This document shows, in pieces, positions 49,969 through 63,953 of a DNA stretch of 64,000 nt (position 1 is its first letter; each line of letters starts with the position of its first letter). The DNA is from Podarcis melisellensis (taxonomy: Eukaryota). The position numbers and the translations under genes are program-made. Under the pieces are notes generated by a model. It did not search any database. It saw only the letters and a program-made list of their open reading frames with translations, and was not told the DNA's origin. The stretch lies in assembly GCA_964234715.1 (NCBI GenBank), contig OZ174275.1. The stretch is one strand, 5' to 3'.

Positions 49969-50216
49969 AAAGGTAAAGGTAAAGGGACCCCTGACCATTA
50001 GGTCCAGTCGTGGACGACTCTGGGGTTGTGGCGCTCATCTCGCTTTATTGGCCGATGGAGCCGGCGCACAGCTTCTGGGTCATGTGGCCAGCAAGACTAA
50101 GCCACTTCTGGCGAACCAAAGCAGCGCACGGAAACGCTGTTTACCTTCCCATCAGAGGGGTACCTATTTATCTACTTGCACTTTTACATGCTTTCGAACT
50201 GCTAGGTAGGCAGGAG
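49969..50216 (-). mobile_element. Sauria SINE, 5'-truncated
   Basis: (ACCTTT)n tail on the minus strand and characteristic body (GGGTCATGTGGCCAGC...TACCTATTTATCTACTTGCAC). Confidence 0.85.
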
Positions 50217-50580
50217 GGAAATACTGCAGGATATATTTGACTTGCAACTATTCTGTCCCCAGATTAAGGGTAAGTTCACACATTCTTCAGATTCTGGGGA
50301 CGGGGCGATGTTTGTTTTTAGTGAACTGTTATGATCCCATTGGCAATGCTCCTTTCCTCAGACGCCAGTGCTACTGCACAGTAAATGAACAGGAACAAAG
50401 GAAGTGCCTTATATCAAATCAGACCATTGCTCCATCTTAGCTCAGCATTGTCTGCACTGGTTGGTAACCATGCTCCAGGTTTTACAGAAGATTCTTTCCC
50501 AGCTCTGCTCTTCTTTAAGCAAACCTGTTGCTATAGGCCTTCCCCTACAACATCTAATTGGTGAAGAAGATTCCCTTCCA

Positions 50581-50726
50581 CATCAGTTGGTTAGACCATG
50601 CGGCTGATCATGCCAAGGCTGCAGGTTCGATCCTCGTATGGGACAGCTGCATATTCCTGCATTGCAGGGAGTTGTATTAGATAATCCTCAGGGTCCCTTC
50701 TAACTCTACAATTCTATTATTCTATG
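50581..50726 (+). mobile_element. tRNA-Ile-derived SINE with CR1-like tail
   Basis: B box GGTTCGATCC, tail CTCTACAATTCTATTATTCTATG. Confidence 0.7.
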
Positions 50727-50795
50727 TGTTGTTAGGGGATGAAAGGGTGTGTTTCAAGCAGTGGTCTTTGGTGTGAGAACAGGCCTTTCATTGTA

Positions 50796-51021
50796 CAGTG
50801 GTACCTCGAGTTAAGAACTTAATTCGTTCTGGAGATCCGTTCTTAACCTAAAACTGTTCTTAACCTGAGGTACCACATTAGCTGATGGGGCCTCCTGCTG
50901 CCGCCATGCCACCACCGTGCGATTTCTGTTCTCATCCTGAAGCCAAGTTCTTAACCTGAGGTACTATTTCTGGGTTAGCCAAGTCTGTAACCTGAAGCGT
51001 CTGTAACCTGAGGTACCACTG
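50796..51021. mobile_element. Tc1/mariner MITE, copy 4
   Basis: Same TIRs, TA duplication. Confidence 0.85.
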
Positions 51022-54000
51022 TACAGAATGATGTCCCTATTTGTGTCAGAGAAGTAATGGATTTATGGGTTGGGGGGTCAAAAGTATTTTATCATGTGTG
51101 CTTTTAAAGTTATATTAGACTTACTGGACTTTTAAGGAAGTAGATACCTGAATAGTAAGTTGCTTAAATGCTTTAGAAATAATGGGGGTAGTGGTGTTTT
51201 CTTTTCTTTTGCTTTTTGCTTTGCTTTGTTTGTTTTTTAAAATCCCTCCCTCTCCATCAACAAGGACTACAATCCTAGGCTGCAATCCTACATACACTTA
51301 CCTAGGAGTAATCCCCACACAGTGCAAACACAGTGCAATTTGAACATAGTAAAAACAGATGGGCTAGAGTATAAAAATATATATAAAACATGTGGGTCAT
51401 AAGAGAATCCAAAAGATAAGATCTGAGTTGGTGAGGTGAGGATTATGTAAAACAAAATTATACTGAAAAAAATTGTAACATGTTTGGAGATTTGCATAAA
51501 GCTATGTTGTTCTTGCTGCTGCTGCTGCTGCTGTTCCTGTTGTCCTTGTTCTTCTTGTTAGTCCGATTTCACACCCTGCATTTTAAACTTCTCTGTGTGG
51601 TGGCAAGATGGGTGGTCTGCATTACTAAAACAACAATTTGTGGACTTTTGATTCTGCCCCTTAACCCACCCACCCACCATCCCAAGAAATGGTCTCAGCT
51701 TTTGACAACCAGAGGGAGTTAGTAAAGCTTTTCAGCTACATTTATGGATTGAATCCAGCTACACATTCTTTGACCTGTACTTGAGATTTATTGGCAGATA
51801 CATAAGTCACAGCAAATAACCGAAGCAGCAATTCATGCTCAATGATTTGGGTTTTTGTTTTGCTTTTTGGTTGGTGGGTGGGGACATGGGCTGATTGACA
51901 GATTGCAATAATCTACTCAAGATCTGGCAGCCAGGGTCCTAGAAGGTTTTGCAGAAGCTCTGCTAGGCTGGCAGAACTTAGGATACACTGCTGACGCAAA
52001 AGATGAGCCAGATGAACCCTCCAGATATGCCAGTGGAATGTTCCACCAGTGAAGCCGTTCCACCAGCAAAGGGTGGAGTCATGAGCAACAAAAGGGAGCT
52101 ATGTCTATCTTCTACCCATTCTGTCTATGGCTACGCTTTCATCAATGGCACAAGTCTAAGGTGTATTGTTCTGTTACCTGTGCCCTTGTGCAAGCTCCAT
52201 GACAGACAGGTGTGCAGCTGTGGCCGTATAGTACCTGCTACCTGTTGCCCCACCCATGCACCTTTCGCTTTCAGGATATTCTCCATCATGAGTGCTGATC
52301 AAGAGAGGCTAAAGCCCTTCTCGGGCATTACAGCTGTGAAGGGGAAGCTTGAGAAGATGAGGGCTGCAAGGTTGCATCTTAGACCCACAAAGGTGCAGTT
52401 CATGCCACCTTCCCCATGTTACTTACGGTACTTACTCTTTTGCCATTTATATACCACTTAACGCCATAGGCTTAAAGTGGAGTTCTAATGTAAAGGTTGC
52501 TCACTTGGAGCTGTCCATGGTCCAACAACCTTCGACTTGACTTGCCTCTTTCTCCCAGTGATCCAACACTCCCTCAGCAGAACACAACACTTATGGTGTG
52601 GGGCCACTTGGGCTTTCTTGTGTGTGTTGCATGCAGGAGATGTGTTGCCATCATTGTGGATTCATTGGCATATGGTACAGTTCCTAATCGGTTGATACCA
52701 AGGGTGTTTACATGGACATTGTTTGTATTTCCTTGCTGTGGGCTTCCTGCCTCTTCTCCTTGGCTGAGCATCCATTGGACATAGTGGCTGTTCTGCCTGT
52801 ATATCAGCAACAGATGTACTGCCCCATGGCCTCTCTGGGAACACCTTACTTTGCATATTGCAACCCGGTTGCTTTAATCCTTGGGAGAGGCACACTTAGT
52901 AGTGCTGTGGGCTCTGGAGGTTCATCTTGCGACCACTAAGACCGGGGCCTTTAGTGTGGTGGCAGCTTCCCATTAAAATGCAATCCCACTGAATATCAGG
53001 CAACCATGTACACCCTTGGCATTTAGAGGCCTGCTTAGAAGTCGTCTGTTAACCCAGGCTTTTCCTGAGAGGAGATCTGGCTACTTCACTGTATTAAGCT
53101 GATTTGGGGTGTATTTTGTACTTTTTGCATTAATGTAATTTTATTGTTGGTTTTATGCTGTTCAACACCAACATATTTATTTAATTTTTGATGTTGGCAG
53201 TGTGTAAATTTTTGCAAATAAATAAATAAAGCGAGTGTAAAGCTTGTTCCCTTAGCAAGTGACCGAAACTGACGCCTGCTATAAAAATGTGTGTCATGCA
53301 CATTTAAAAAAAAATAAAAATAAGGAAAGATTACAATATAACTGGAAGGTTAAAAGCATATTCCAAGTATGATTCCTATAGACAGAGAGCTGAAAAGATA
53401 AGATGTAGTTAGTCATGCTGTGATATGGATAATGAAATCATGAAGCAATCCTAGATGACGGCAAAAGCCAAGTGCCAACCACTACTACTGAACAACATTC
53501 ATACATTTGGGAGAGGCATGTGTAGGAATGCACAATAAGGTGTAGTGTGTGTGTGTGTGTCCTCACTAAGTTTTTTAAGGAGCTGTTCTAAGGGCTGTTG
53601 AACTCCTTGACATTTATCTCCCCCACTTTAATCTTAATGGGCTTAGGGATAGGCTCTGGGTGTTACATCTCTGGGATATCTGGTAAGTACCTCTGGTACA
53701 ACCTTGCATCATTGCTTAAATGCATTATGGATGGGTAAGGGAAAAGGAGGTCTTTTCTTCTTGAGGATCATATACCAGCCACATTGTAATCAGGGCTTCA
53801 AATGTGAAAGACTAGCAACCTGATCTGAAATAGTAAATCCTATGTTCCTAATGGATCTATTTTATGATCCCTCTATTTAATGTGAACATGGCATTGAAAT
53901 GAAACAGACTCCCAAATCAATATTTAAAATTGAATTCAAAGGGAAAATAAAGCTGGACTTTCTGTTTTTATTTTCTCCTCATGGAGGGATTTTTTAAATA

Positions 54001-55094
54001 TCTAGTCGAGTATGCCAAATTTTCGTCAAACGGGGGGAAGCTTAAGTGGGAAAACTTAAAGAGAAGCGAGAAAGGGGAAATAACTTTATTTGAATTTTCA
54101 GAATTTATTTTGCTTGCAACATTGGATTTGCATATCTAAATTAATAGCACTTTATTGTTTTTGGGTGCCTTTTGATGACCCATTTTGGCTAATGGAAAAC
54201 AAGGCACCCTCAAGCGCTTATTTTGTTATGCTTCCTTTGGCAAAATGAGAACATGTGTAAATGAAGTACACAATAACTGGAAACAAAGCATCATTTCACA
54301 CATTATTTTTTAAATTCAATTGATTGCTGAATGCATGCATGCATTCAATTGATTGCTAAATGCATGCATTTAGCAATCCTAAAATGGTAGGGAGGCGGGG
54401 CTGGAGATTCTGCTGTGGAGAAACCTCCAGTTCCCAAACTTGTGCCAAGTAAGGCAAAAGGAGGAGGGTGGATTTTCCCATTCGGTTTGGTTCCGCTCAG
54501 CTTCCGATTTCCACTAAGAAAGGCCAAAAGGAGTACGCCAGTTTCAGGATAGGTGTAACTTTTCACCTTTCCTGGGGGCATGTTAGGGAATGAAGGGGCT
54601 CTATTTGTAGTAGGTCCATGGCTTCCCTTCATCCGCCCAAGAGCGACCTCTGAAATAGCCTCTTTTGGAGCCATGGGGGCCTCCATCTTCAGAAAGGTCT
54701 GCAGTATCCTAAGACCCTGGGAGCCACCTTCCCAGGGAATGTAGGATTGCTCTCTTAATGTCAAGGGATATTTTATTGTTACTGTGGCTTTGTACACACT
54801 CCTCTTTGCTCTGCATCCAGTGCACTCCCATTGCTGGTTTATGAAGCCCAGTACACATGATGTCAGCCACAATCCATATCTAGCCTGAAGCTCCTTGAGA
54901 AAGACTGCATTTTTGTGTGTTTTCTCCCAAACTGTCTTCAAAACACATCCAACCGTACTGATTTGTACAGCACATGCAAATAGAAATTGAAATAGAGTGG
55001 GGGGGGGGAGAGATGTCACTGCTTCATTTTAAGCCGGTATTGTGTACACGAGTCTTTAACTTATTGTTTGAACTGTTCTGAGATAGGTAAAACA

Positions 55095-55475
55095 AAAAGG
55101 TAAAGGACCCCTGGACAATTAAATCCAGTCAAAGGCGACTATGGGGTTGCAGTGCTCATCTTGCTTTCAGGCTGAGGGAGCTGGCGTTTGTCCACAGACA
55201 GTTTTCCGGGTCATGTGGCCAGCATGACTAAACCACTAATGGCGCGAAAGAACACTGTGGTTGAAGCCAGAGCACAAGGAAACACCGTTTACCTTCCCGC
55301 CGCAGCAGTACCTATTTATCTACTTGCACTGACATGCTTTCAAACTGCTAGGTTGGCAGGAGCTGGGACAGACCAACGGGAACTCACCCTGTCGCGGGGA
55401 TTTGAACAGCTGACCTTCCGATCAGCAAGCCCAAGAGGCTCAGTGTCCCTGAGTTCAGTGTCCCTGAGCGTCCCT
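55095..55475 (-). mobile_element. Sauria SINE, near full length
   Basis: ACCTTT tail, body shared with the 50 kb copy, tRNA-like head with B box (GTTCAAATCC). Confidence 0.85.
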
Positions 55476-57152
55476 GTGCTCTGATGATGAGTAGTATAGA
55501 AATTTTCTGATCCATACACAGAGAGCTCCATATCTAAGTAAGAATGCTTGGTACATCCTTGGCTTTCAATCCTCTAAAGCATTTTGGTAATGCGGAAATA
55601 ATAAAGACATTCAACAATAACAATGGAATGTTATCAGATTATTCAGTTTAAGTTCCCTGCTTTGAGGTGGCATCCTGTCTACAGAGCTAAGCCTCTGAGC
55701 TTCTAGCCTTTCCCCCACCAACATTATTGACACGATAGCTCACTTAATTCTTTCTGAAAATCTAAATGACATTATTCCGCAAACTATCACATTCCTATGG
55801 AGGGAGAGGGTAGTGTTTTGGCATGAACCAGTTGGGGGGACCATCTATGCAAACTCTTTCAACAAGTTAAAATATCCATGGAATCATAGAATCTTAGAAT
55901 TGTAGAGGAAAGGACCCCCGAAGGCTAAAAAAAAATCTGGATTTTCACTTTCTGAAATATGGCAACCCTATAGGATACACACATTTGTTTTGGAAGGAAG
56001 GAAATCAATCCACCTTCCTGCATCCAGCACAACGATGGCGGTGACAAGGGAAAGGACTGGATGGCCTCAGGGTACCATGGGAATTGCTATGTCATTTGCA
56101 GAGGAGCTAGAGAACGCCAAACAGATTGCCAAACAGAGTTAGCACAACAGAACATTAGATCAATCAACAATAATCAAATAAATGTGTTATTTTGGTGTCA
56201 TCTGAAAATACCTTGAAATACTGGAAAACTGTTGGCTATTAATATTAAGGGTTTAATAAGAAGCTGCCTTGTACTGTCTGATCATTGCTCCATCTAGATA
56301 AGTATGGTCTACAGAGACTGGCAGCAGCTTTTCAGGCTGAAGTCTCTTTGTTCTCCTTGAATATACCAGGGATTGAACTTCCTGTGTGCAAAGCAGATGG
56401 TCTACCACTGAGCTATGGCTCCAAAGCATCCACTCCCAATGGTACATATGTACAAAATGCTTAATTCCATGTTCCCACAATCCTGTGCTGGTGACCTGTG
56501 CAGGGTGAGGATTCTAGATACATAGCTAGCTTCCAGCTCTAAGTGAAGGACCTCAAGGTAGGATGAGAGAGACTTGGCCTTTTCTAAGAAGACTCTTGTG
56601 TTTTCCAGTTGCATGCTACAGACATGAAGTGCTGCAAATTCCCATGTGGGACATGTGGTTGGAGTTGTTCTGCAGAAGTTCTGACCAAGCTTGAGGCTGA
56701 GAGAAGGAAATTTATGCTATGCATGTGTAAAAGACAGACTTTACGTGCCATTAGGTTTGTGTGCATCACAGAGAATCATTGCGACCAGATGCGGTGATGG
56801 TCTTAGATGGCTCTCAAAAAGGGTCAGATAAATTCATGGAGGTTGGGATAACTAAGGGTTCATCCACCCTTCTGCTTTCCCCACTGCCTTCCCCTGGGGA
56901 GATCCAATCTTTACTGCTGCATCAGAGCAAATGTCAACTGAGCTTTCTCTGGATTAACATTTGCTCTGATTTAGAGCTGAAGATGCTTTCTAAGCCCAGA
57001 TCCATGCCTAGAAAGCCCAGTAGGAGCAGAAAACCACTTGGACCTGAGGCATGAGACAAGTGGAAGTGTGGATGAACCCTTAAAATGGAACTTCTATGCT
57101 CAGAGACAATGTAACCTGGATTACTAGATGCTGAGGGGGACAACCATTTCCA

Positions 57153-57290
57153 TTATGTCCTATTTGTGAACTTGAACTTCTATGAAAAAAGAAGTTCCTA
57201 TTTGTGAACTTGAACTTCTGTGGGGGAGAAAGTTCCTATTTGTGAACTTCTTTTCTATTATGTCCTATTTGTGAACTTGAACTTCTACGG
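57153..57290. repeat. Short degenerate tandem repeat, core CCTATTTGTGAACTTGAACTTCT x4
   Basis: Cores start at 57159, 57197, 57235 (partial) and 57264. Confidence 0.85.
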
Positions 57291-57379
57291 AAAAAAAGGT
57301 TGGGCCATATGTCTACCTAGTCCAGCAAGGCATTTCTTAGGTGCCCATAATGAAGCATGTGTGTGGGTGCGTGGGTGGG

Positions 57380-57383
<4 letters not shown>

Positions 57384-57421
<38 letters not shown>

Positions 57422-57478
57422 AGGGAGAGGGAGAGGGAGAGGGAGAGGGAGAGGGAGAGGGAGAGGGATGGGGGAGAG
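57384..57478. repeat. (GA)n followed by (GGGAGA)n polypurine tract
   Basis: Seen directly. Confidence 0.95.
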
Positions 57479-57624
57479 AAACACATATAAAGGCCTATCA
57501 TTTCCATAAATTCTCTGGTCCTCTAAGTCCTAAACATTTTGCATGAATCACTTAGCCATGTAATAGTGCAAAAGCAAAAAAAAAAAAAATGTTACCCACA
57601 GGACAAGTTTAGGAAGAGTAAACA

Positions 57625-58184
57625 CACATCAGCATCAACAGAAATTTAGTGTCCCGATCTAGGGAAATAATAGTACCACTCTGTTCTGTCTTGGTCAGAC
57701 CAATACTGTAACCAGTTCTGGGTGCCACAATTTAAGAAAGATATTGACATGCTAAAACAGAGGAGGGCAACCAAGATGATCAAAGGTCTGGAAACCTTAT
57801 GAGGAACAGTTGAGGGAACTGGGTATGTTTAGCCTGGAAGAGAGGAGATGAAGAGGAAATATGATAGCCATTTTCAAATATATGAAGGGCTGTCACATGG
57901 AAGATGGAGGAAGCTTGTTTTCTCTTGGTCTGGAGGATAGGACTCAAACCCATGGATTCAAGTTACAGGAAAGGAGATGCCAACTAAACATCAGGAATAG
58001 CTTTCAGGTGGTAAGAGCTGTTCGACAGTGGGACGGACTCCCTTGGAGTTTGGTGGACTCTGTTTTCGTGGAGGTTTGTAAGCAGAGGTTGGATGGCCAT
58101 CTGTCATGGATACTTTAGCTGAGATTCCTACATTGGACTAGATGACCCTTGAGACCCTTCCAACTCTACAGTTCTACGATTCTG
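57625..58184 (+). mobile_element. CR1 LINE 3' fragment
   Basis: Peptide MIAIFKYMKGCH...SLFS...HGFKLQERR and CR1 tail TTCCAACTCTACAGTTCTACGATTCT. Confidence 0.9.
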
Positions 58185-58559
58185 TCTCAAGCAGCAGAAA
58201 GTATGTGTTACCAAGAACAACAAGAACAAACATGTGAAAATTATTTCCCAATGCCAAATGTGCAGTCATTTGGACACAGGGTTATATTTTATTTTCTTTC
58301 AAATGCATGCACAATTATTATTAATATTTACCAAGAATGGATTTCTGTTTTCAAGCCCAAACTCAGTTGCTTTTTTTTTTAAGGCTCCTTCATTTGCTTA
58401 ACTCCAGCGCCATCTGTTGTTAACTTGGGGAAAATAATGGCCAAATCCAAAGGGAAGCCACACCAATAGATAATGAAATATTAATTTTAACTTTCTGTTG
58501 TGAACATAAATGGTGGCACAGAAAACCATGTTTCTCAGGAGTGGAGGTGAAGGAACTCC

Positions 58560-58738
58560 CTTAAGTGGGAAGACATCTGCTTTGCATGAGATTGTCCCAG
58601 GTTCAATCCTGGCATCTTCAGGTAGGGCTAGGTGAGACCCCCGTCTGAAACGCTGGACGGATATGCCAGTCAGTATAGAGAATACTGAACTAGATAGAAA
58701 AATCCTCAGACTTGGCTGAAGGCGACATCCTACGTTCC
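58560..58738 (+). mobile_element. Short tRNA-derived SINE (Squam3-like); relatives at ~44508-44693 (+), ~56259-56422 (-), ~39050-39155 (-)
   Basis: CATCTGCTTTGCATG...GGTTCAATCC...TGCCAGTCAGT body recurs. Confidence 0.6.
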
Positions 58739-59201
58739 AAAAGTGAATGGATTTGTCACCTTTCTTAAGCAGCGCTGTGTTTTTAACAGCGGACAGACCC
58801 ACAAATATTTGGCAGGTGAAGCGTCTCACCAGTTTGATTTGTGTGTGCCAGGCAACAGTGAAAAAGTCGCAAGAACATAATAAAATCCTGCTGGATCAAG
58901 CCAATAGCCCACTTAGTCCAGCCCCCTGTTGCCACAGTGGTCACCCAGATGCCTGTGGGAAGCCTGCAAACGGAATCCAAGCACAAGAGCCCTGTTCCCT
59001 CCTGGGGTTTTCAGCAAATAGCATTCAGAGAAGCATTGCTGCTTCTGACCATGGAAGCAGAACATAGCTGTTATGGCTAGTAGCTACTGATAGCCTTATC
59101 TTTCATGAGACAGGGTCAGAGTCCGTAAGCAAAAATGCCAACCCTAAAAAAAAACTTAAGGAAACCGTCGTGCAATGTTCATGCCACTCACCATCATGTG
59201 A

Positions 59202-59456
59202 AGCCAGTGTGGTGCAGTGGTTAAGAGCGGTGGACTCGTAATCTGGGGAACCGGGTTCACGTCTCCGCTCCTCCACATGCAGCTGCTGAGTGACCTTGGG
59301 CTAGTCACACTTCTCTGAAGTCTCTCAGTCCCACTCACCTCACAGAGTGTTTGTTGTGGGGGAGGAGGGGAAAGGATAATGTTAGCCGCTTTGAGACTCC
59401 TTTGGGTAGTGATAAAGCGGGATATCAAATCCAAACTCTTTAAACTCTTCTTCTTC
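59202..59456 (+). mobile_element. CORE-type tRNA SINE (Squam2 / Anolis SINE2-like)
   Basis: A box TGGTGCAGTGG, B-box-like GGTTCAC, CORE segment GTGACCTTGGGCTAGTCAC, (CTT)n tail; CATGTG repeated on both flanks. Confidence 0.7.
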
Positions 59457-60096
59457 ATGTGGGCAATGGTAGCTGATCCATTAAGGCCCTTCTGCACCAA
59501 CCTCGTTCTCCAGCTAGCTTCCACCTGCCTGCCTTTTAACCAGTCCAGGGAGGTGGCACCGCCTGTCAATTCTTCCTCCTTAGGCTCAGTGTTGCTCTTT
59601 AAGAACTCATCAGGGTGCAGGATGGGGACAAAATGGGGGAAAGTGGCTGTCATTCTCTGGCTCCATCTACTCTTGGTCTCCCTGCTTTCTGCCCTGCCAA
59701 TCCCAATGGGCTCTGGCTGCCATTTGCCTCTTCACTGCCCCCAAATCCAAAATTTACTTGCCAGTACATAACACATTCTGAAGCTTGGCAACCAGCTGAC
59801 ATTTCTACATGAGGTGCTGTAAAGATTCCACCCCTCAAAGAATTCTGGGCACTGTAGTTAATTAGAGGTTGCTGAGAATTCTAACTCTATGAAGGGTAAA
59901 CTGCCCAGAATTATTTGAGAGAAAGAATATGCTTTGAATGTGCTTTAAAGGTGTGGCGTACCCTACACAGCCAAAGTTTATGTTTCTATGAAAGTTTCCT
60001 TTCTATGAAAAGGGGGAAAATGGTATCTGGACATGCAATTGAGAAATAATGTAACTTCAATGTCAGCAAGATAATTTGAGTCCGCACCAATTTACC

Positions 60097-60222
60097 ATTA
60101 ATAATAATAATTGTAATAATAATAATTTTATTATTTATACCCTGCCCATCTGTCTGGGTTTCCCTAGCCACTCTGGGCAGCTTACAGCACATATAAAAAC
60201 ATAGGAAAACGTCAAACATTAA
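60097..60222 (-). mobile_element. L2 3' tail fragment; another at ~61686-61817 (+)
   Basis: GCCCAGAGTGGCT...GAAACCCAG..AGATGGG motif shared with the longer L2 copies. Confidence 0.65.
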
Positions 60223-61223
60223 AAGTTTGAGTCACTTGCATTTGAGTATCTATCTGTGAAGGCACCCAGATATTCTACCTGCAGTCAAATTAGCTGATGC
60301 TGCTGTTACCCAAGATTACAGCACCTGAGGTTACAACCCTCAAAGGGAAATCCATGCGTGAACAAGTCTTACATTTGTTATGTATGTTGTTTTGCTTGCC
60401 TGTTTTCCTTTGAAATGTCAGGTATCAACTGTTGCCAGGTGCAAGAGATGTTAGGTGGATCTGGCAGAACAGTTCGTGCTACCTGCTCGGCTTACTAACA
60501 AGTAATTATTATTACCAAAGAGAACACAAGTCAGCATCATTGCAGAAGAGTGGGAGATATTTTATCATGCCTCTTCCATACACCAACAAGGAAAGTGCTA
60601 TCGTGCTGCTGATTTTCAAATCAGAATTACAGGTGCCGCTGATAGCGAGCGCTGAGCCATGAAGCTGCAAGAACATGGCTCGATTCTCAGATACCACGCT
60701 GAGTTCTGCTTCTGGTGTCGTTAGAAATAATCTTACAAAATGAGCAAATGTGAATATGGAGCATAACTATGGGAAGCAGAAATGATATTCAGCTGCTTTC
60801 AGATAAGCCTAGTACCCAAGTAGAAATTTCTGTACTGATAAAAGTAAGCAACATTCTGATTTGGTTTGATTCCTTTCCCCTTTCCTTTTGCAAAGGAAAA
60901 GCATTGCAACCTTCGCATCCTAACAGTGCAATCTTTTACATATTTACTCAGAAATAAATCCCAACGTGGTCAATGGGTCCAGAGAAGAGTGTGTACGATT
61001 ACAACCCAAATTAAGGACTCAGCTACATTAGTAAAAATAAAATGTTATAAATGCGTTATAACACTGTGATGCCAGATGGCGTTGTAGAGCTGAAATCAGA
61101 ACTCTGTGAAATTTTCCATTGTGAGCTTTAAAGCAGTTTTTTCCCGGTGCATTTTCAGAGTGTTTTTTACAGCTGTGTAGATGCAGCCTAATAATCTGAT
61201 ACTAATTCAGAGAATAAAACATC

Positions 61224-61276
<53 letters not shown>

Positions 61277-63499
61277 TTTCTTTCCTTCTTTCCCAGTTCT
61301 ATAATGTATGTAGGAACTTGCACTCACTATGACAATGCAGGTTTACTAACACCTGAAGCTCACTACTTCTCTTGTTGAAATCGCCACCAGCATGGTTAGA
61401 ATGTGGGAAAGGGTACATATTGTCACCCCACTTCTTTCAATATGGATGAAATGAAGGGTCTAATCTTCACCAGTGATCTTGACTAAGGATCCAGGCAATG
61501 AATCCCATTCTGCATGCATTAATACAAGGTGTGATTTTGTGTGCATGGCCATGACCCATACACCATTTGCATCATAGGTTATGCAGCAACTTAAACAGCA
61601 ACAAGGTCATTTCTGCACACACAAACACAGCTGTGTTTCAAATTGCATCTTTACATTGCTATAAATACCACGGGGGGGGGGAATATTTAGGAAGTTTTTA
61701 ATGTCTGATGCTTTTAATGTATTTTTAATCTTTTGTTGGAAGCCACCCAAAGTGTCTGGGGAAACCCAGCCAGATGGGTGGGGTATAAATATTATTATTA
61801 TTATTATTATTATTATTCACCCAATGCCCATGACCTGATTTGTTTCCCCGCATCTGAAACCTTCCCAACTTCTATTCAAAGAAGCTGTAACCTTCACAAA
61901 CGTGATGGATGTCTTACATGTACACAGGTTTTTAAGTGAGATGGAAGCTGGTTTGAATGGGACTGCATCACAGGATGTTTTCAGATTTGGTTTATCTGTA
62001 AATGAATTAAGAGAAAAGTCCTCTGAAACCTAAGGCAGTGCTCCCAGCAACGCTTGAAAATGATGTTCCATTGAAACCAGTGGGACTCAGAACAGAGTCA
62101 CAAATGCAAGCTTGCCATACAATGGCTCGCCACTGGATTAATCCACAACATACATTGACTTGCAGTGGATGTATGAACTGCCTCAAGTTAAGTGTGTTCT
62201 TTCAAGTGGTCTGCCTCTTTGGCAGCACAGACTGTTGTAGGGAAAAGAGAAAATAAAGCTCCGTCCTCCCAAAACGTATCTAGCTCGTTCCACTATCAGT
62301 ATATACATTTTATGATATTCTGCACGGTTACGTGTGATGGCTGTTTCAGACATAAAAGTTACCACTTGACATCACAGTCATGAACTGTGAGCTCAGTTTC
62401 CTTAGCAAATGTGTTTAGGATTTATAGTGAAAATACTTTCATTCTTTTACACCACGTACTGTATTGGAAAGGAAATGTTGCAAAAGAGGGTCAGATTCCC
62501 TCTCTTTGCAGCAGATGGGCCTGATGCCTGCAAACTGTTTTTGCCATCATGAACAATGGACCCAGAGATCCAGCACCTTGCCTAAGAGTGCAGAGCAGCA
62601 TGGGGTAAGGGCACCATCAAACCTGGCTTTTTGACCCTGAAAAAACAACAACAACACTGCTCCCTCAAAGTGCTCCATGGATACCAAAACTGTGCACATG
62701 TTGCCATTTAGTCTGGCTCAAATGCACTCTCACCACTGGTGTTTAAAGCCAGAATTACAGGTGACGTTAGTTGCAATCTATAGGTATCTTGTTGTTTCTT
62801 GAGAAATTCTGATGTTTCAAGCAGTGCTTTTTTTTCTTTAAAAATGGTTAGGGGTACTCTCATTTTGACTCAAGAAAACCACCATTTTATAGTTCAAATT
62901 GGGAAAAATACAGTAAATGGACAAAAGCACAAAGATTCACAAATTGTTTAGGGGTATGCATACCCTTACGTACCCCCCCAATAAAAACAACATTGGTTTT
63001 ATGTGTTCTCCCTGTTGCACCCCCACCAGCACAGAGGAGCAGTAGCCAGACCACCTGCAAAACAGCTGGAACTTTTGCTACAATCTTCCTGCTTTGCCTT
63101 GCTATTGCTCCCCACACACCCAGAGACAGGAGAGATTTTTTAAAGGGAAATTCCCTTATTCCGAATAGGATTCCTAGCAAGAAAAAAGTTGACAGCTATG
63201 TGGAGGACACTAGACCCACCCGCTGATTTACTACAGCTGGCCTTGACACCAGACTGCAGGGTGGGGAGATTAGAATGCTACTTAGCGGGCAAATTGTTTA
63301 TTATTTGAGAATCATCAATGTTGTTTGTTATTTATATTGTGTGTTGTTTTTATTTTTTTCATGTTAGGTTAGACAATATATTGATGAGCCCCCTTTCCCC
63401 CTATGGGGTGGGTGTGGGTGTGTTGCTGTAAGTGGCTTAGAGACCTTTGGGTGACAAGCGACTAACAAATTTAATAAACCAATTCCTTCAAACGTTATC

Positions 63500-63953
63500 C
63501 AATGGACACATCTCCGCTTCACCGTGGCTTAACGTTTTCAAATGCAGTGCACGGAAGCATTATGCCGCAATGCTTCTTGCTCAAATCCCGGGCGCCTCGC
63601 TCTGCAGTGACACCCGCAGAGCTCCATGCAGACGATTACTTCCCGGGAATGCTGCTCGGAGACCAGCCCCGCTCGGGTGAACCGCGACGCCGCCCGCTCC
63701 GCGTCTTCCGTTCCAGGCAAGTCACATGAGTGGTCTGTGCTCACTCCCCCCCCTATTCCACCCCTTTTTTTACAAAATGGAACGGTCCGCGTTATGCTGC
63801 GTGCCGTAGTACGGATGAGGGGCGGAGCTGGGTTTCTGGCGGAACAAACCAATGAGCGGGGAAGGGGAGAGGGCAAGTTTGCGGAAGGAGAAACGCGTTT
63901 TGTAGCCTTTGCGCGCTGCGGGATATTAGCGAGCTGGGAGTCGAGAACCTGGC
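63500..63953 (+). promoter_or_regulatory. CpG-island promoter of CCDC93
   Basis: CpG-rich; E/M-box GTCACATGA (63721-63729), GC box GGGGCGGAG (63819-63827), CCAAT (63849-63853). Confidence 0.8.

Noticed and set aside
54345-55019. Longest ORF in the track (224 aa, minus strand)
   Set aside because: No recognisable domain, non-ATG start, no supporting exon structure; most likely a chance ORF.
57153-57290. CRISPR array
   Set aside because: Vertebrate DNA; linkers are short, related to each other and irregular; no cas genes.
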